Positions 11,679 through 21,821 of a DNA stretch of 36,167 nt are shown here, in pieces. Source of the stretch: a virus (Duplodnaviria > Heunggongvirae > Uroviricota > Caudoviricetes); the IMG/VR virus record IMGVR_UViG_2657245430_000003; one strand, given 5' to 3'. Each line of letters starts with the position of its first letter. Position 1 is the first letter of the stretch. The notes under the pieces are model-generated. The model was given only the letters and a program-made list of their open reading frames with translations, did not search any database and was not told where the DNA came from. The position numbers and the translations under genes were made by a program.

Positions 11679-14232
11679 ACCGGTAGGCGATCTGGTCGTT
11701 GATTTGAGTCTGGATGCGGCCAGATTTGACGAGCAGATGGCCAGAGTCAGGCGTCATTTTTCCGGTACGGAAAGTGATGCGAAAAAAACAGCGGCAGTCG
11801 TTGAACAGTCGCTGAGCCGACAGGCGCTGGCTGCACAGAAAGCGGGGATTTCCGTCGGGCAGTATAAAGCCGCCATGCGTATGCTGCCTGCACAGTTCAC
11901 CGACGTGGCCACGCAGCTTGCAGGGGGGCAGAATCCCTGGCTGATCCTGCTGCAACAGGGTGGTCAGGTTAAGGACTCCTTCGGCGGGATGATCCCCATG
12001 TTCAGGGGGCTTGCCGGCGCGATCACCCTGCCGATGGTGGGGGCCACCTCGCTGGCGGTGGCGACCGGTGCGCTGGCGTATGCCTGGTATCAGGGCAACT
12101 CAACCCTGTCCGATTTCAACAAAACGCTGGTCCTTTCCGGTAATCAGGCGGGACTGACGGCAGATCGTATGCTGGTCCTGTCCAGAGCCGGGCAGGCGGC
12201 AGGGCTGACGTTTAACCAGACCAGCGAGTCACTCAGCGCACTGGTTAAGGCGGGGGTAAGCGGTGAGGCTCAGATTGCGTCCATCAGCCAGAGTGTGGCG
12301 CGTTTCTCCTATGCATCCGGCGTGGAGGTGGACAAGGTCGCTGAAGCCTTCGGGAAGCTGACCACAGACCCGACGTCGGGGCTGACGGCGATGGCACGCC
12401 AGTTCCATAACGTGACGGCGGAGCAGATTGCGTATGTTGCTCAGTTGCAGCGTTCCGGCGATGAAGCCGGGGCATTGCAGGCGGCGAACGAGGCCGCAAC
12501 GAAAGGGTTTGATGACCAGACCCGCCGCCTGAAAGAGAACATGGGCACGCTGGAGACCTGGGCAGACAGGACTGCACGTGCATTCAAATCCATGTGGGAT
12601 GCGGTGCTGGATATTGGTCGTCCTGATACCGCGCAGGAGATGCTGATTAAGGCAGAGGCTGCGTTTAAGAAAGCAGACGACATCTGGAATCTGCGCAAGG
12701 ATGATTATTTCGTTAACGATGAAGCACGGGCGCGTTACTGGGATGATCGTGAAAAAAAACGCCTGGAGCGGGATGCAGCCCAAAAGAGGGTAGATCAACA
12801 GCGTCAACAGGACAAAAATGCGCAGCAGCAGAGCGATACCGAAGCGTCACGGCTGAAATATACCGAAGAGGCGCAGAAGGCTTACGAACGGCTGCAGACG
12901 CCGCTGGAGAAATATACCGCCCGTCAGGAAGAACTGAACAAGGCACTGAAAGACGGAAAAATCCTGCAGGCAGATTACAACACGCTGATGGCGGCGGCGA
13001 AAAAGGATTATGAAGCGACGCTGAAAAAGCCGAAACAGTCCGGCGTGAAGGTGTATGCGGGCGATCGTCAGGAAGACAGTGCTCATGCGGCCCTGCTGAC
13101 GCTTCAGGCAGAACTCCGGACGCTGGAGAAGCATGCCGGAGCGAATGAGAAAATCAGCCAGCAGCGCCGGGATTTGTGGAAGGCAGAAAGTCAGTTCGCG
13201 GTACTGGAGGAGGCGGCACAACGTCGCCAGCTGTCCGCACAGGAGAAATCCCTGCTGGCGCATAAAGACGAGACGCTGGAGTACAAACGCCAGCTGGCTG
13301 CACTTGGTGACAAGGTTACGTATCAGGAGCACCTGAATGCGCTGGCGCAGCAGGCGGATAAATTCGCACAGCAGCAACGGGCAAAACGGGCAGCCATTGA
13401 TGCGAAAAACCGGGGGCTGACTGACCGGCAGGCAGCGCGGGAAGCCACGGAACAGCGCCTGAAGGAACAGTATGGCGATAATCCTCTGGCGCTGAATAAC
13501 GTCATGTCAGAGCAGAAAAAGACCTGGGCGGCTGAAGACCAGCTTCGCGGGAGCTGGATGGCAGGCCTGAAGTCCGGCTGGAGTGAGTGGGAAGAGAGCG
13601 CCACGGACAGTATGTCACAGGTTAAAAGTGCAGCCACGCAGACCTTTGATGGTATTGCACAGAATATGGCGGCGATGCTGACCGGCAGTGAACAGAACTG
13701 GCGCAGCTTCACCCGCTCCGTGCTGTCCATGATGACAGAAATTCTGCTTAAGCAGGCAATGGTGGGGATTGTCGGGAGTATCGGCAGGGCCATTGGCGGG
13801 GCTGTTGGTGGCGGCGCATCCGCGTCAGGTGGTACAGCCATTCAGGCCGCTGCGGTGAAATTCCATTTTGCAACCGGGGGATTTACGGGAACCGGCGGCA
13901 AATATGAGCCAGCGGGGATTGTTCACCGTGGTGAATTTGTCTTCACGAAGGAGGCAACCAGCCGGATTGGCGTGGGGAATCTCTACCGGCTGATGCGCGG
14001 CTATGCGGAAGGTGGTTATGTGGGCGGTGCCGGAAGTCCGGCGCAGATGCGGCGGGCTGAAGGCATTAATTTTAATCAGAACAATCACGTGGTGATTCAG
14101 AACGACGGTACGAATGGTCTGCCAGGTCCACAGATGATGAAGGCCGTGTATGACATGGCCCGCAAGGGTGCCCGTGATGAAATTCAGACACAGATGCGTG
14201 ATGGTGGCCTGTTCTCCGGAGGTGGACGATGA
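11671..14232 (+). CDS. H: tail tape measure protein H
   Basis: 853 aa, MAEPVGDLVVDLSLDAARFDEQMARVRRHF..., the lambda gpH length. Long helical Q/A/K/E-rich centre and Gly-rich C-terminal part. Confidence 0.95.
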   Translation: MAEPVGDLVVDLSLDAARFDEQMARVRRHFSGTESDAKKTAAVVEQSLSRQALAAQKAGISVGQYKAAMRMLPAQFTDVATQLAGGQNPWLILLQQGGQVKDSFGGMIPMFRGLAGAITLPMVGATSLAVATGALAYAWYQGNSTLSDFNKTLVLSGNQAGLTADRMLVLSRAGQAAGLTFNQTSESLSALVKAGVSGEAQIASISQSVARFSYASGVEVDKVAEAFGKLTTDPTSGLTAMARQFHNVTAEQIAYVAQLQRSGDEAGALQAANEAATKGFDDQTRRLKENMGTLETWADRTARAFKSMWDAVLDIGRPDTAQEMLIKAEAAFKKADDIWNLRKDDYFVNDEARARYWDDREKKRLERDAAQKRVDQQRQQDKNAQQQSDTEASRLKYTEEAQKAYERLQTPLEKYTARQEELNKALKDGKILQADYNTLMAAAKKDYEATLKKPKQSGVKVYAGDRQEDSAHAALLTLQAELRTLEKHAGANEKISQQRRDLWKAESQFAVLEEAAQRRQLSAQEKSLLAHKDETLEYKRQLAALGDKVTYQEHLNALAQQADKFAQQQRAKRAAIDAKNRGLTDRQAAREATEQRLKEQYGDNPLALNNVMSEQKKTWAAEDQLRGSWMAGLKSGWSEWEESATDSMSQVKSAATQTFDGIAQNMAAMLTGSEQNWRSFTRSVLSMMTEILLKQAMVGIVGSIGRAIGGAVGGGASASGGTAIQAAAVKFHFATGGFTGTGGKYEPAGIVHRGEFVFTKEATSRIGVGNLYRLMRGYAEGGYVGGAGSPAQMRRAEGINFNQNNHVVIQNDGTNGLPGPQMMKAVYDMARKGARDEIQTQMRDGGLFSGGGR

Positions 14233-14558
14233 AAACCTTCCGCTGGAAAGTGAAACCCGGTATGGATGTGGCTTCGGCCCCTTCTGTAAGAAAGGTGCGC
14301 TTTGGTGATGGCTATTCCCAGCGAGCGCCTGCCGGGCTGAATGCCAACCTGAAAACGTACAGCGTGACGCTTTCTGTCCCCCGTGAGGAGGCCATGGTAC
14401 TGGAGTCGTTTCTGGAAGAGCACGGGGGCTGGAAAGCCTTTCTGTGGACGCCGCCTTATGAGTGGCGGCAGATAAAGGTGACCTGCGCAAAATGGTCGTC
14501 GCGGGTCAGTATGCTGCGTGTTGAGTTCAGCGCAGAGTTTGAACAGGTGGTGAACTGA
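14229..14558 (+). CDS. M: tail tip protein M
   Basis: 109 aa, MKTFRWKVKPGMDVASAPSVRKVRFGDGYSQRAP.... Confidence 0.93.
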   Translation: MKTFRWKVKPGMDVASAPSVRKVRFGDGYSQRAPAGLNANLKTYSVTLSVPREEAMVLESFLEEHGGWKAFLWTPPYEWRQIKVTCAKWSSRVSMLRVEFSAEFEQVVN

Positions 14559-15256
14559 TGCAGGATATCCGGCAGGAAACACTGAATGAATGCACCCGTG
14601 CGGAGCAGTCGGCCAGCGTGGTGCTCTGGGAAATCGATCTGACAGAGGTCGGTGGTGAACGTTATTTTTTCTGTAATGAGCAGAACGAAAAAGGTGAGCC
14701 GGTCACCTGGCAGGGGCGACAGTATCAGCCGTATCCCATTCAGGGGAGTGGTTTTGAACTGAATGGCAAAGGCACCAGTACGCGCCCCACGCTGATGGTT
14801 TCTAACCTGTACGGTATGGTCACCGGGATGGCGGAAGATCTACAGAGTCTGGTCGGCGGAACGGTGGTCCGGCGTAAGGTTTACGCCCGTTTTCTGGATG
14901 CGGTGAACTTCGTCAACGGAAACAGTGACGCCGATCCGGAGCAGGAGGTGATCAGCCGCTGGCGCATTGAGCAGTGCAGCGAACTGAGCGCGGTGAGTGC
15001 CTCTTTTGTACTGTCCACGCCGACGGAAACAGATGGCGCTGTTTTTCCGGGACGTATCATGCTGGCCAACACCTGCACCTGGACCTATCGCGGCGATGAG
15101 TGCGGTTATCACGGTCCGGCGGTCGCGGATGAATATGACCAGCCAACGTCCGACATCACGAAGGATAAATGCAGCAAATGCCTGAGTGGCTGTAAGTTTC
15201 GCAATAACGTCGGCAACTTTGGCGGCTTCCTTTCCATTAACAAACTTTCGCAGTAA
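14558..15256 (+). CDS. L: tail tip protein L
   Basis: 232 aa, MQDIRQETLNECTRAEQSASVVLWEIDLTEVGGERYFFCNEQ.... Start overlaps the M stop (TGATG). Confidence 0.93.
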   Translation: MQDIRQETLNECTRAEQSASVVLWEIDLTEVGGERYFFCNEQNEKGEPVTWQGRQYQPYPIQGSGFELNGKGTSTRPTLMVSNLYGMVTGMAEDLQSLVGGTVVRRKVYARFLDAVNFVNGNSDADPEQEVISRWRIEQCSELSAVSASFVLSTPTETDGAVFPGRIMLANTCTWTYRGDECGYHGPAVADEYDQPTSDITKDKCSKCLSGCKFRNNVGNFGGFLSINKLSQ

Positions 15257-15261
15257 ATCCC

Positions 15262-16005
15262 ATGACAGAGACAGAATCAGCGATTCTGGCGCACGCCCGG
15301 CGATGTGCTCCAGCGGAGTCGTGCGGCTTCGTGGTAAGAACGCCGGAGGGGGAAAGATATTTCCCCTGCGTGAATATCTCCGGTGAGCCGGAGGCGTATT
15401 TCCGTATGTCGCCGGAAGACTGGCTGCAGGCAGAGATGCAGGGTGAGATTGTGGCACTGGTCCACAGCCACCCCGGTGGTCTGCCCTGGCTGAGTGAGGC
15501 CGACCGGCGGCTGCAGGTGCAGAGTGATTTGCCGTGGTGGCTGGTCTGCCGGGGGGCGATTCACAAGTTCCGCTGTGTGCCACATCTTACCGGGCGGCGC
15601 TTTGAGCACGGGGTGACGGACTGTTACACGCTGTTCCGGGATGCTTACCATCTGGCGGGGATTGAGATGCCGGATTTTCATCGTGAGGATGACTGGTGGC
15701 GTCACGGTCAGAATCTCTATCTGGATAATCTGGAGGCCACAGGGCTGTATCAGGTGCCGTTGTCAGCGGCGCAGCCGGGCGATGTGCTGCTGTGCTGTTT
15801 TGGTTCATCGGTGCCGAATCATGCCGCCATTTACTGTGGTGACGGCGAGCTGCTGCACCATATTCCTGAACAACTGAGCAAACGAGAGAGGTATACCGAC
15901 AAATGGCAGCGACGCACACACTCCCTCTGGCGTCACCGGGCATGGCACGCATCTGCCTTTACGGGGATTTGCAACGATTTGGCCGCCGCATCGACCTTCG
16001 TGTGA
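15262..16005 (+). CDS. K: tail tip assembly protein K (MPN/JAMM and NlpC/P60 domains)
   Basis: 247-aa ORF with an HSHPGG...SEAD JAMM-like motif and a C-terminal Cys/His region. The C-terminus matches lambda K. Confidence 0.9.
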   Translation: MTETESAILAHARRCAPAESCGFVVRTPEGERYFPCVNISGEPEAYFRMSPEDWLQAEMQGEIVALVHSHPGGLPWLSEADRRLQVQSDLPWWLVCRGAIHKFRCVPHLTGRRFEHGVTDCYTLFRDAYHLAGIEMPDFHREDDWWRHGQNLYLDNLEATGLYQVPLSAAQPGDVLLCCFGSSVPNHAAIYCGDGELLHHIPEQLSKRERYTDKWQRRTHSLWRHRAWHASAFTGICNDLAAASTFV

Positions 16006-16253
16006 AAACGGGTGCCGAAGCCATCCGGGCGATGGCCACACAGCTCCCTGCGTTTCGTCAGAAGCTGAGCGACGGCTGGTATCAGGTGCGTATTGCCGGG
16101 CAGGATGTTAGCACGTCCGGATTAACGGCACAGTTACATGAGGCTCTGCCTGACGGCGCTGTGATTCATATTGTTCCCAGAGTCGCCGGGGCCAAGTCAG
16201 GTGGTGTATTCCAGATTGTCCTGGGAGCAGCCGCCATTGCCGGATCATTCTTT
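15903..16253 (+). CDS. I: tail tip assembly protein I, 3'-truncated at the N at 16254
   Basis: MAATHTLPLASPGMARICLYGDLQRFGRRIDLRVKTGAEAIRAMATQ..., overlapping the K 3' end as in lambda. The reading frame is cut by the scaffold join at 16254. Confidence 0.8.
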
Positions 16254-16254
16254 N

Positions 16255-16944
16255 ATTCCACAGGAAACACATCATGAGACGACACGCCTCACTCAGTCAG
16301 CCCAGGTGGTGCTCTGGGAAATCGATCTGACAGAGGTCGGTGGTGAACGTTATTTTTTCTGTAATGAGCAGAACGAAAAAGGTGAGCCGGTTACCTGGCA
16401 GGGGCGGCAGTATCAGGCATACCCCATTCAGGGGACGGGATTTGAACTGAACGGCAAGGGCAGTGCTGCCCGTCCGACACTGACGGTTTCTAACCTGCAC
16501 GGAATGGTCACCGGGATGGCGGAAGACCTGCAGAGTCTGGTCGGCGGAACGGTGGTCAGGCGTAAGGTTTACGCCCGTTTTCTGGATGCGGTGAACTTCG
16601 TCAACGGAAACAGCGACGCCGATCCGGAACAGGAGGTGATCAGCCGCTGGCGCATCGAGCAGTGCAGCGAACTGAGCGCGGTCAGTGCCTCTTTTGTGCT
16701 GGCCACACCAACGGAGACGGATGGCGCGGTTTTCCCGGGGCGTATCATGCTGGCGAATACCTGTATGTGGACTTACCGTTCTGATGAGTGTGGTTACACG
16801 GGCAGGGCAGTGGCTGACGAGTTCGACAAACCAACGACGGATATCCGGAAGGACAAATGCAGCAAGTGTATGCGCGGGTGTGAGTTGCGCAACAATACCG
16901 GTAATTTCGGCGGTTTCCTTTCCATCAATAAACTTTCTCAGTAA
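16255..16944 (+). CDS. L: tail tip protein L, second diverged copy, 5'-partial (contig starts near codon 5)
   Basis: ..QETHHETTRLTQSAQVVLWEIDLTEVGGERYFFCNEQ..., with scattered substitutions relative to the first L at 14558-15256. Begins immediately after the N at 16254. Confidence 0.8.
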   Translation: MPQETHHETTRLTQSAQVVLWEIDLTEVGGERYFFCNEQNEKGEPVTWQGRQYQAYPIQGTGFELNGKGSAARPTLTVSNLHGMVTGMAEDLQSLVGGTVVRRKVYARFLDAVNFVNGNSDADPEQEVISRWRIEQCSELSAVSASFVLATPTETDGAVFPGRIMLANTCMWTYRSDECGYTGRAVADEFDKPTTDIRKDKCSKCMRGCELRNNTGNFGGFLSINKLSQ

Positions 16945-16948
16945 ATCC

Positions 16949-17692
16949 ATGACACAGACAGAATCAGCGATTCTGGCGCACGCCCGGCGATGTGCGCCAG
17001 CGGAGTCGTGTGGCTTCGTGGTAAGAACGCCGGAGGGAGACAGGTATCTTCCCAGCGAGAATATCTCCGGTGAGCCGGAGGAACGGTTCCGGATGGCTCC
17101 GGAGGACTGGCTGCGGGCACAAATGCAGGGTGAGATTGTGGCGCTGGTCCACAGTCATCCCGGTGGTCTGCCCTGGCTGAGTGAGGCTGACCGGCGGCTG
17201 CAGGTGCAGAGTGATTTGCCGTGGTGGCTGGTCTGCCGGGGGGCGATTCACAAGTTCCGCTGTGTGCCACATCTTACCGGGCGGCGCTTTGAGCACGGGG
17301 TGACGGACTGTTACACGCTGTTCCGGGATGCTTACCATCTGGCGGGGATTGAGATGCCGGATTTTCATCGTGAGGATGACTGGTGGCGTCACGGTCAGAA
17401 TCTCTATCTGGATAATCTGGAGGCCACAGGGCTGTATCAGGTGCCGTTGTCAGCGGCGCAGCCGGGCGATGTGCTGCTGTGCTGTTTTGGTTCATCGGTG
17501 CCGAATCATGCCGCCATTTACTGTGGTGACGGCGAGCTGCTGCACCATATTCCTGAACAACTGAGCAAACGAGAGAGGTATACCGACAAATGGCAGCGAC
17601 GCACACACTCCCTCTGGCGTCACCGGGCATGGCACGCATCTGCCTTTACGGGGATTTGCAACGATTTGGCCGCCGCATCGACCTTCGTGTGA
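16949..17692 (+). CDS. K: tail tip assembly protein K, second copy
   Basis: MTQTESAILAHARRCAPAESCGFVVRTPEGDRYLPSENISGEPEERF..., 247 aa, start ATG at 16949. Confidence 0.85.
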   Translation: MTQTESAILAHARRCAPAESCGFVVRTPEGDRYLPSENISGEPEERFRMAPEDWLRAQMQGEIVALVHSHPGGLPWLSEADRRLQVQSDLPWWLVCRGAIHKFRCVPHLTGRRFEHGVTDCYTLFRDAYHLAGIEMPDFHREDDWWRHGQNLYLDNLEATGLYQVPLSAAQPGDVLLCCFGSSVPNHAAIYCGDGELLHHIPEQLSKRERYTDKWQRRTHSLWRHRAWHASAFTGICNDLAAASTFV

Positions 17693-18261
17693 AAACGGGT
17701 GCCGAAGCCATCCGGGCGATGGCCACACAGCTCCCTGCGTTTCGTCAGAAGCTGAGCGACGGCTGGTATCAGGTGCGTATTGCCGGGCAGGATGTTAGCA
17801 CGTCCGGATTAACGGCACAGTTACATGAGGCTCTGCCTGACGGCGCTGTGATTCATATTGTTCCCAGAGTCGCCGGGGCCAAGTCAGGTGGTGTATTCCA
17901 GATTGTCCTGGGAGCAGCCGCCATTGCCGGATCATTCTTTACCGCCGGAGCCACCCTTGCAGCATGGGGGGCTGCCATTGGTGCCGGTGGTATGACCGGC
18001 ATTCTGTTTTCTCTCGGTGCCAGTATGGTGCTCGGCGGTGTGGCTCAGATGCTGGCACCGAAAGCCAGAACTCCCCGCACACAGACAACGGATAACGGTA
18101 AGCAGAACACCTATTTCTCCTCACTGGATAACATGGTTGCCCAGGGCAATGTTATGCCTGTTCTGTATGGTGAAATGCGCGTGGGGTCACGTGTGGTATC
18201 TCAGGAGATCAGCACGGCAGACGAAGGGGACGGTGGTCAGGTTGTGGTGATTGGTCGCTGA
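17590..18261 (+). CDS. I: tail tip assembly protein I, second copy, full length
   Basis: 223 aa, the lambda gpI length. Gly/Ala-rich hydrophobic centre and conserved C-terminus ...VVSQEISTADEGDGGQVVVIGR. Confidence 0.88.
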   Translation: MAATHTLPLASPGMARICLYGDLQRFGRRIDLRVKTGAEAIRAMATQLPAFRQKLSDGWYQVRIAGQDVSTSGLTAQLHEALPDGAVIHIVPRVAGAKSGGVFQIVLGAAAIAGSFFTAGATLAAWGAAIGAGGMTGILFSLGASMVLGGVAQMLAPKARTPRTQTTDNGKQNTYFSSLDNMVAQGNVMPVLYGEMRVGSRVVSQEISTADEGDGGQVVVIGR

Positions 18262-18321
18262 TGCAAAATGTTTTATGTGAAATCGCCTCCGGGCGGTTTT
18301 ATCGTTTATGGAGCATGACGA

Positions 18322-18722
18322 ATGGGTAAAGGCAGCAGTAAGGGGCATACCCCGCGCGAAGCGAAGGACAACCTGAAGTCCACGCAGCTGCTGAGTGTGA
18401 TCGATGCCATCAGCGAAGGGCCGGTTGAAGGTCCGGTGGATGGATTAAAAAGCGTGCTGCTGAACAGTACGCCGGTGCTGGACAGTGAGGGGAATACCAA
18501 CATCTCCGGCGTCACGGTGGTGTTCCGGGCAGGTGAGCAGGAGCAGTCACCGCCGGAGGGATTTGAATCCTCCGGCTCCGAGACGGTGCTGGGTACGGAA
18601 GTGAAATATGACACGCCGATCACCCGGACCATCACGTCGGCAAACATTGACCGACTGCGTTTTACCTTCGGTGTACAGGCACTGGTGGAAACCACCTCAA
18701 AGGGAGACAGGAATCCGTCTGA
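18322..18722 (+). CDS. J: tail tip / host-specificity protein J, N-terminal fragment, truncated at the N at 18723
   Basis: [48 protein letters not shown].... After the N the frame continues into K sequence (EIVALVHSHPGG), which is a join artefact. Confidence 0.8.
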
Positions 18723-18723
18723 N

Positions 18724-19284
18724 GAGATTGTGGCGCTGGTCCACAGTCATCCCGGTGGTCTGCCCTGGCTGAGTGAGGCCGACCGGCGGCTGCAGGTGCA
18801 GAGTGATTTGCCGTGGTGGCTGGTCTGCCGGGGGGCGATTCACAAGTTCCGCTGTGTGCCGCATCTCACCGGGCGGCGCTTTGAGCACGGGGTGACGGAC
18901 TGTTACACGCTGTTCCGGGATGCTTATCATCTGGCAGGGATTGAGATGCCGGATTTTCATCGCGGGGATGACTGGTGGCGTAACGGTCAGAATCTCTATC
19001 TTGACAATATGGAGGTGACGGGTTTTTACCGTGTCGCACTGACAGAGGCACAGCCGGGCGATGTGCTGCTGTGCTGTTTTGGTTCATCGGTGCCGAATCA
19101 TGCCGCCATTTACTGTGGTGACGGCGAGCTGCTGCACCATATTCCTGAACAACTGAGCAAACGAGAGAGGTATACCGACAAATGGCAGCGACGCACACAC
19201 TCCCTCTGGCGTCACCGGGCATGGCACGCATCTGCCTTTACGGGGATTTGCAACGATTTGGCCGCCGCATCGACCTTCGTGTGA
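18724..19284 (+). CDS. K: tail tip assembly protein K, 5'-truncated fragment (residues about 62-247)
   Basis: EIVALVHSHPGGLPWLSEADRRLQVQSDLPWWLVCRG... to the stop at 19284. Starts right after the N. Confidence 0.8.
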   Translation, partial: EIVALVHSHPGGLPWLSEADRRLQVQSDLPWWLVCRGAIHKFRCVPHLTGRRFEHGVTDCYTLFRDAYHLAGIEMPDFHRGDDWWRNGQNLYLDNMEVTGFYRVALTEAQPGDVLLCCFGSSVPNHAAIYCGDGELLHHIPEQLSKRERYTDKWQRRTHSLWRHRAWHASAFTGICNDLAAASTFV

Positions 19285-19853
19285 AAACGGGTGCCGAAGC
19301 CATCCGGGCGATGGCCACACAGCTCCCTGCGTTTCGTCAGAAGCTGAGCGACGGCTGGTATCAGGTGCGTATTGCCGGGCAGGATGTTAGCACGTCCGGA
19401 TTAACGGCACAGTTACATGAGGCTCTGCCTGACGGCGCTGTGATTCATATTGTTCCCAGAGTCGCCGGGGCCAAGTCAGGTGGTGTATTCCAGATTGTCC
19501 TGGGAGCAGCCGCCATTGCCGGATCATTCTTTACCGCCGGAGCCACCCTTGCAGCATGGGGGGCTGCCATTGGTGCCGGTGGTATGACCGGCATTCTGTT
19601 TTCTCTCGGTGCCAGTATGGTGCTCGGCGGTGTGGCTCAGATGCTGGCACCGAAAGCCAGAACTCCCCGTACACAGACAACGGATAACGGTAAGCAGAAC
19701 ACCTATTTCTCCTCACTGGATAACATGGTTGCCCAGGGCAATGTTATGCCTGTTCTGTATGGTGAAATGCGCGTGGGGTCACGTGTGGTATCTCAGGAGA
19801 TCAGCACGGCAGACGAAGGGGACGGTGGTCAGGTTGTGGTGATTGGTCGCTGA
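19182..19853 (+). CDS. I: tail tip assembly protein I, third copy
   Basis: 223 aa, almost identical to the copy at 17590-18261. Confidence 0.85.
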   Translation: MAATHTLPLASPGMARICLYGDLQRFGRRIDLRVKTGAEAIRAMATQLPAFRQKLSDGWYQVRIAGQDVSTSGLTAQLHEALPDGAVIHIVPRVAGAKSGGVFQIVLGAAAIAGSFFTAGATLAAWGAAIGAGGMTGILFSLGASMVLGGVAQMLAPKARTPRTQTTDNGKQNTYFSSLDNMVAQGNVMPVLYGEMRVGSRVVSQEISTADEGDGGQVVVIGR

Positions 19854-19913
19854 TGCAAAATGTTTTATGTGAAATCGCCTCCGGGCGGTTTTATCGTTTA
19901 TGGAGCATGACGA

Positions 19914-21286
19914 ATGGGTAAAGGCAGCAGTAAGGGGCATACCCCGCGCGAAGCGAAGGACAACCTGAAGTCCACGCAGCTGCTGAGTGTGATCGATGCC
20001 ATCAGCGAAGGGCCGGTTGAAGGTCCGGTGGATGGATTAAAAAGCGTGCTGCTGAACAGTACGCCGGTGCTGGACAGTGAGGGGAATACCAACATCTCCG
20101 GCGTCACGGTGGTGTTCCGGGCAGGTGAGCAGGAGCAGTCACCGCCGGAGGGATTTGAATCCTCCGGCTCCGAGACGGTGCTGGGTACGGAAGTGAAATA
20201 TGACACGCCGATCACCCGGACCATCACGTCGGCAAACATTGACCGACTGCGTTTTACCTTCGGTGTACAGGCACTGGTGGAAACCACCTCAAAGGGAGAC
20301 AGGAATCCGTCTGAAGTTCGCCTGCTGGTTCAGATACAGCGTAACGGTGGCTGGGTGACGGAAAAAGACATCACCATTAAGGGCAAAACCACCTCGCAGT
20401 ATCTGGCCTCGGTGGTGGTGGATAACCTGCCGCCGCGCCCGTTTAATATCCGGATGCGCAGAATGACGCCGGACAGCACCACAGACCAGCTGCAGAACAA
20501 AACGCTCTGGTCGTCATACACCGAAATCATCGATGTGAAACAGTGCTACCCGAACACGGCACTGGTCGGCGTACAGGTGGATTCGGAGCAGTTCGGCAGC
20601 CAGCAGGTGAGCCGTAATTATCATCTTCGCGGGCGCATTCTGCAGGTGCCGTCGAACTATAACCCGCAGACGCGGCAATACAGCGGTATCTGGGACGGAA
20701 CGCTTAAGCCAGCATACAGCAACAACATGGCCTGGTGTCTGTGGGATATGCTGACCCATCCGCGCTATGGCATGGGGAAACGTCTTGGTGCGGCAGATGT
20801 GGATAAATGGGCGCTGTATGTCATCGGCCAGTACTGTGACCAGTCGGTGCCGGACGGCTTTGGCAGCACGGAGCCGCGCATCACCTGTAATGCCTGGCTG
20901 ACCACACAGCGCAAGGCGTGGGATGTGCTCAGTGATTTCTGCTCGGCGATGCGCTGTATGCCGGTATGGAACGGGCAGACGCTGACGTTCGTGCAGGACC
21001 GACAGTCGGATAAGGTGTGGGCCTATAACCGCAGTAATGTGGTGATGCCGGATGATGGCGCGCCGTTCCGCTACAGTTTCAGCGCCCTGAAAGACCGCCA
21101 TAATGCCGTTGAGGTGAACTGGATTGACCCGGATAACGGCTGGGAGACGGCGACAGAGCTTGTGGAGGATACGCAGGCCATTGCCCGTTACGGTCGTAAT
21201 GTCACGAAGATGGATGCCTTTGGCTGTACCAGCCGGGGGCAGGCACACCGCGCCGGGCTGTGGCTGATTAAAACGGAACTGCTGGA
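19914..21286 (+). CDS. J: J protein, N-terminal about 458 aa, truncated at the N-run 21287-21297
   Basis: Lambda-like J N-terminus through ...[11 protein letters not shown], then 11 Ns. Confidence 0.8.
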
Positions 21287-21297
21287 NNNNNNNNNNN

Positions 21298-21821
21298 TGC
21301 CCTGGCTGAGTGAGGCCGACCGGCGGCTGCAGGTGCAGAGTGATTTGCCGTGGTGGCTGGTCTGCCGGGGGGCGATTCACAAGTTCCGCTGTGTGCCGCA
21401 TCTCACCGGGCGGCGCTTTGAGCACGGGGTGACGGACTGTTACACGCTGTTCCGGGATGCTTATCATCTGGCAGGGATTGAGATGCCGGATTTTCATCGC
21501 GGGGATGACTGGTGGCGTAACGGTCAGAATCTCTATCTTGACAATATGGAGGTGACGGGTTTTTACCGTGTCGCACTGACAGAGGCACAGCCGGGCGATG
21601 TGCTGCTGTGCTGTTTTGGTTCATCGGTGCCGAATCATGCCGCCATTTACTGCGGTGACGGCGGGCTGCTGCACCATATTCCTGAACAACTGAGCAAACG
21701 AGAGAGGTACACCGACAAATGGCAGCGACGCACACACTCCCTCTGGCGTCACCGGGCATGGCGCGCATCTGCCTTTACGGGGATTTACAACGATTTGGTC
21801 GCCGCATCGACCTTCGTGTGA
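21298..21821 (+). CDS. K: tail tip assembly protein K, 5'-truncated fragment
   Basis: (L)PWLSEADRRLQVQ... to the stop. The C-terminus has RASAFTGIYNDLVAASTFV, as in lambda, unlike the other copies (HASAFTGICNDLAAASTFV). Confidence 0.8.

Noticed and set aside
18322-19284. Continuous ORF that appears to fuse the J N-terminus to the K C-terminus (and similar J/K and I/L read-throughs at 16254 and 21287)
   Set aside because: The fusion passes through an N, which the track translates as X, at a contig join. It is not a real chimeric protein.
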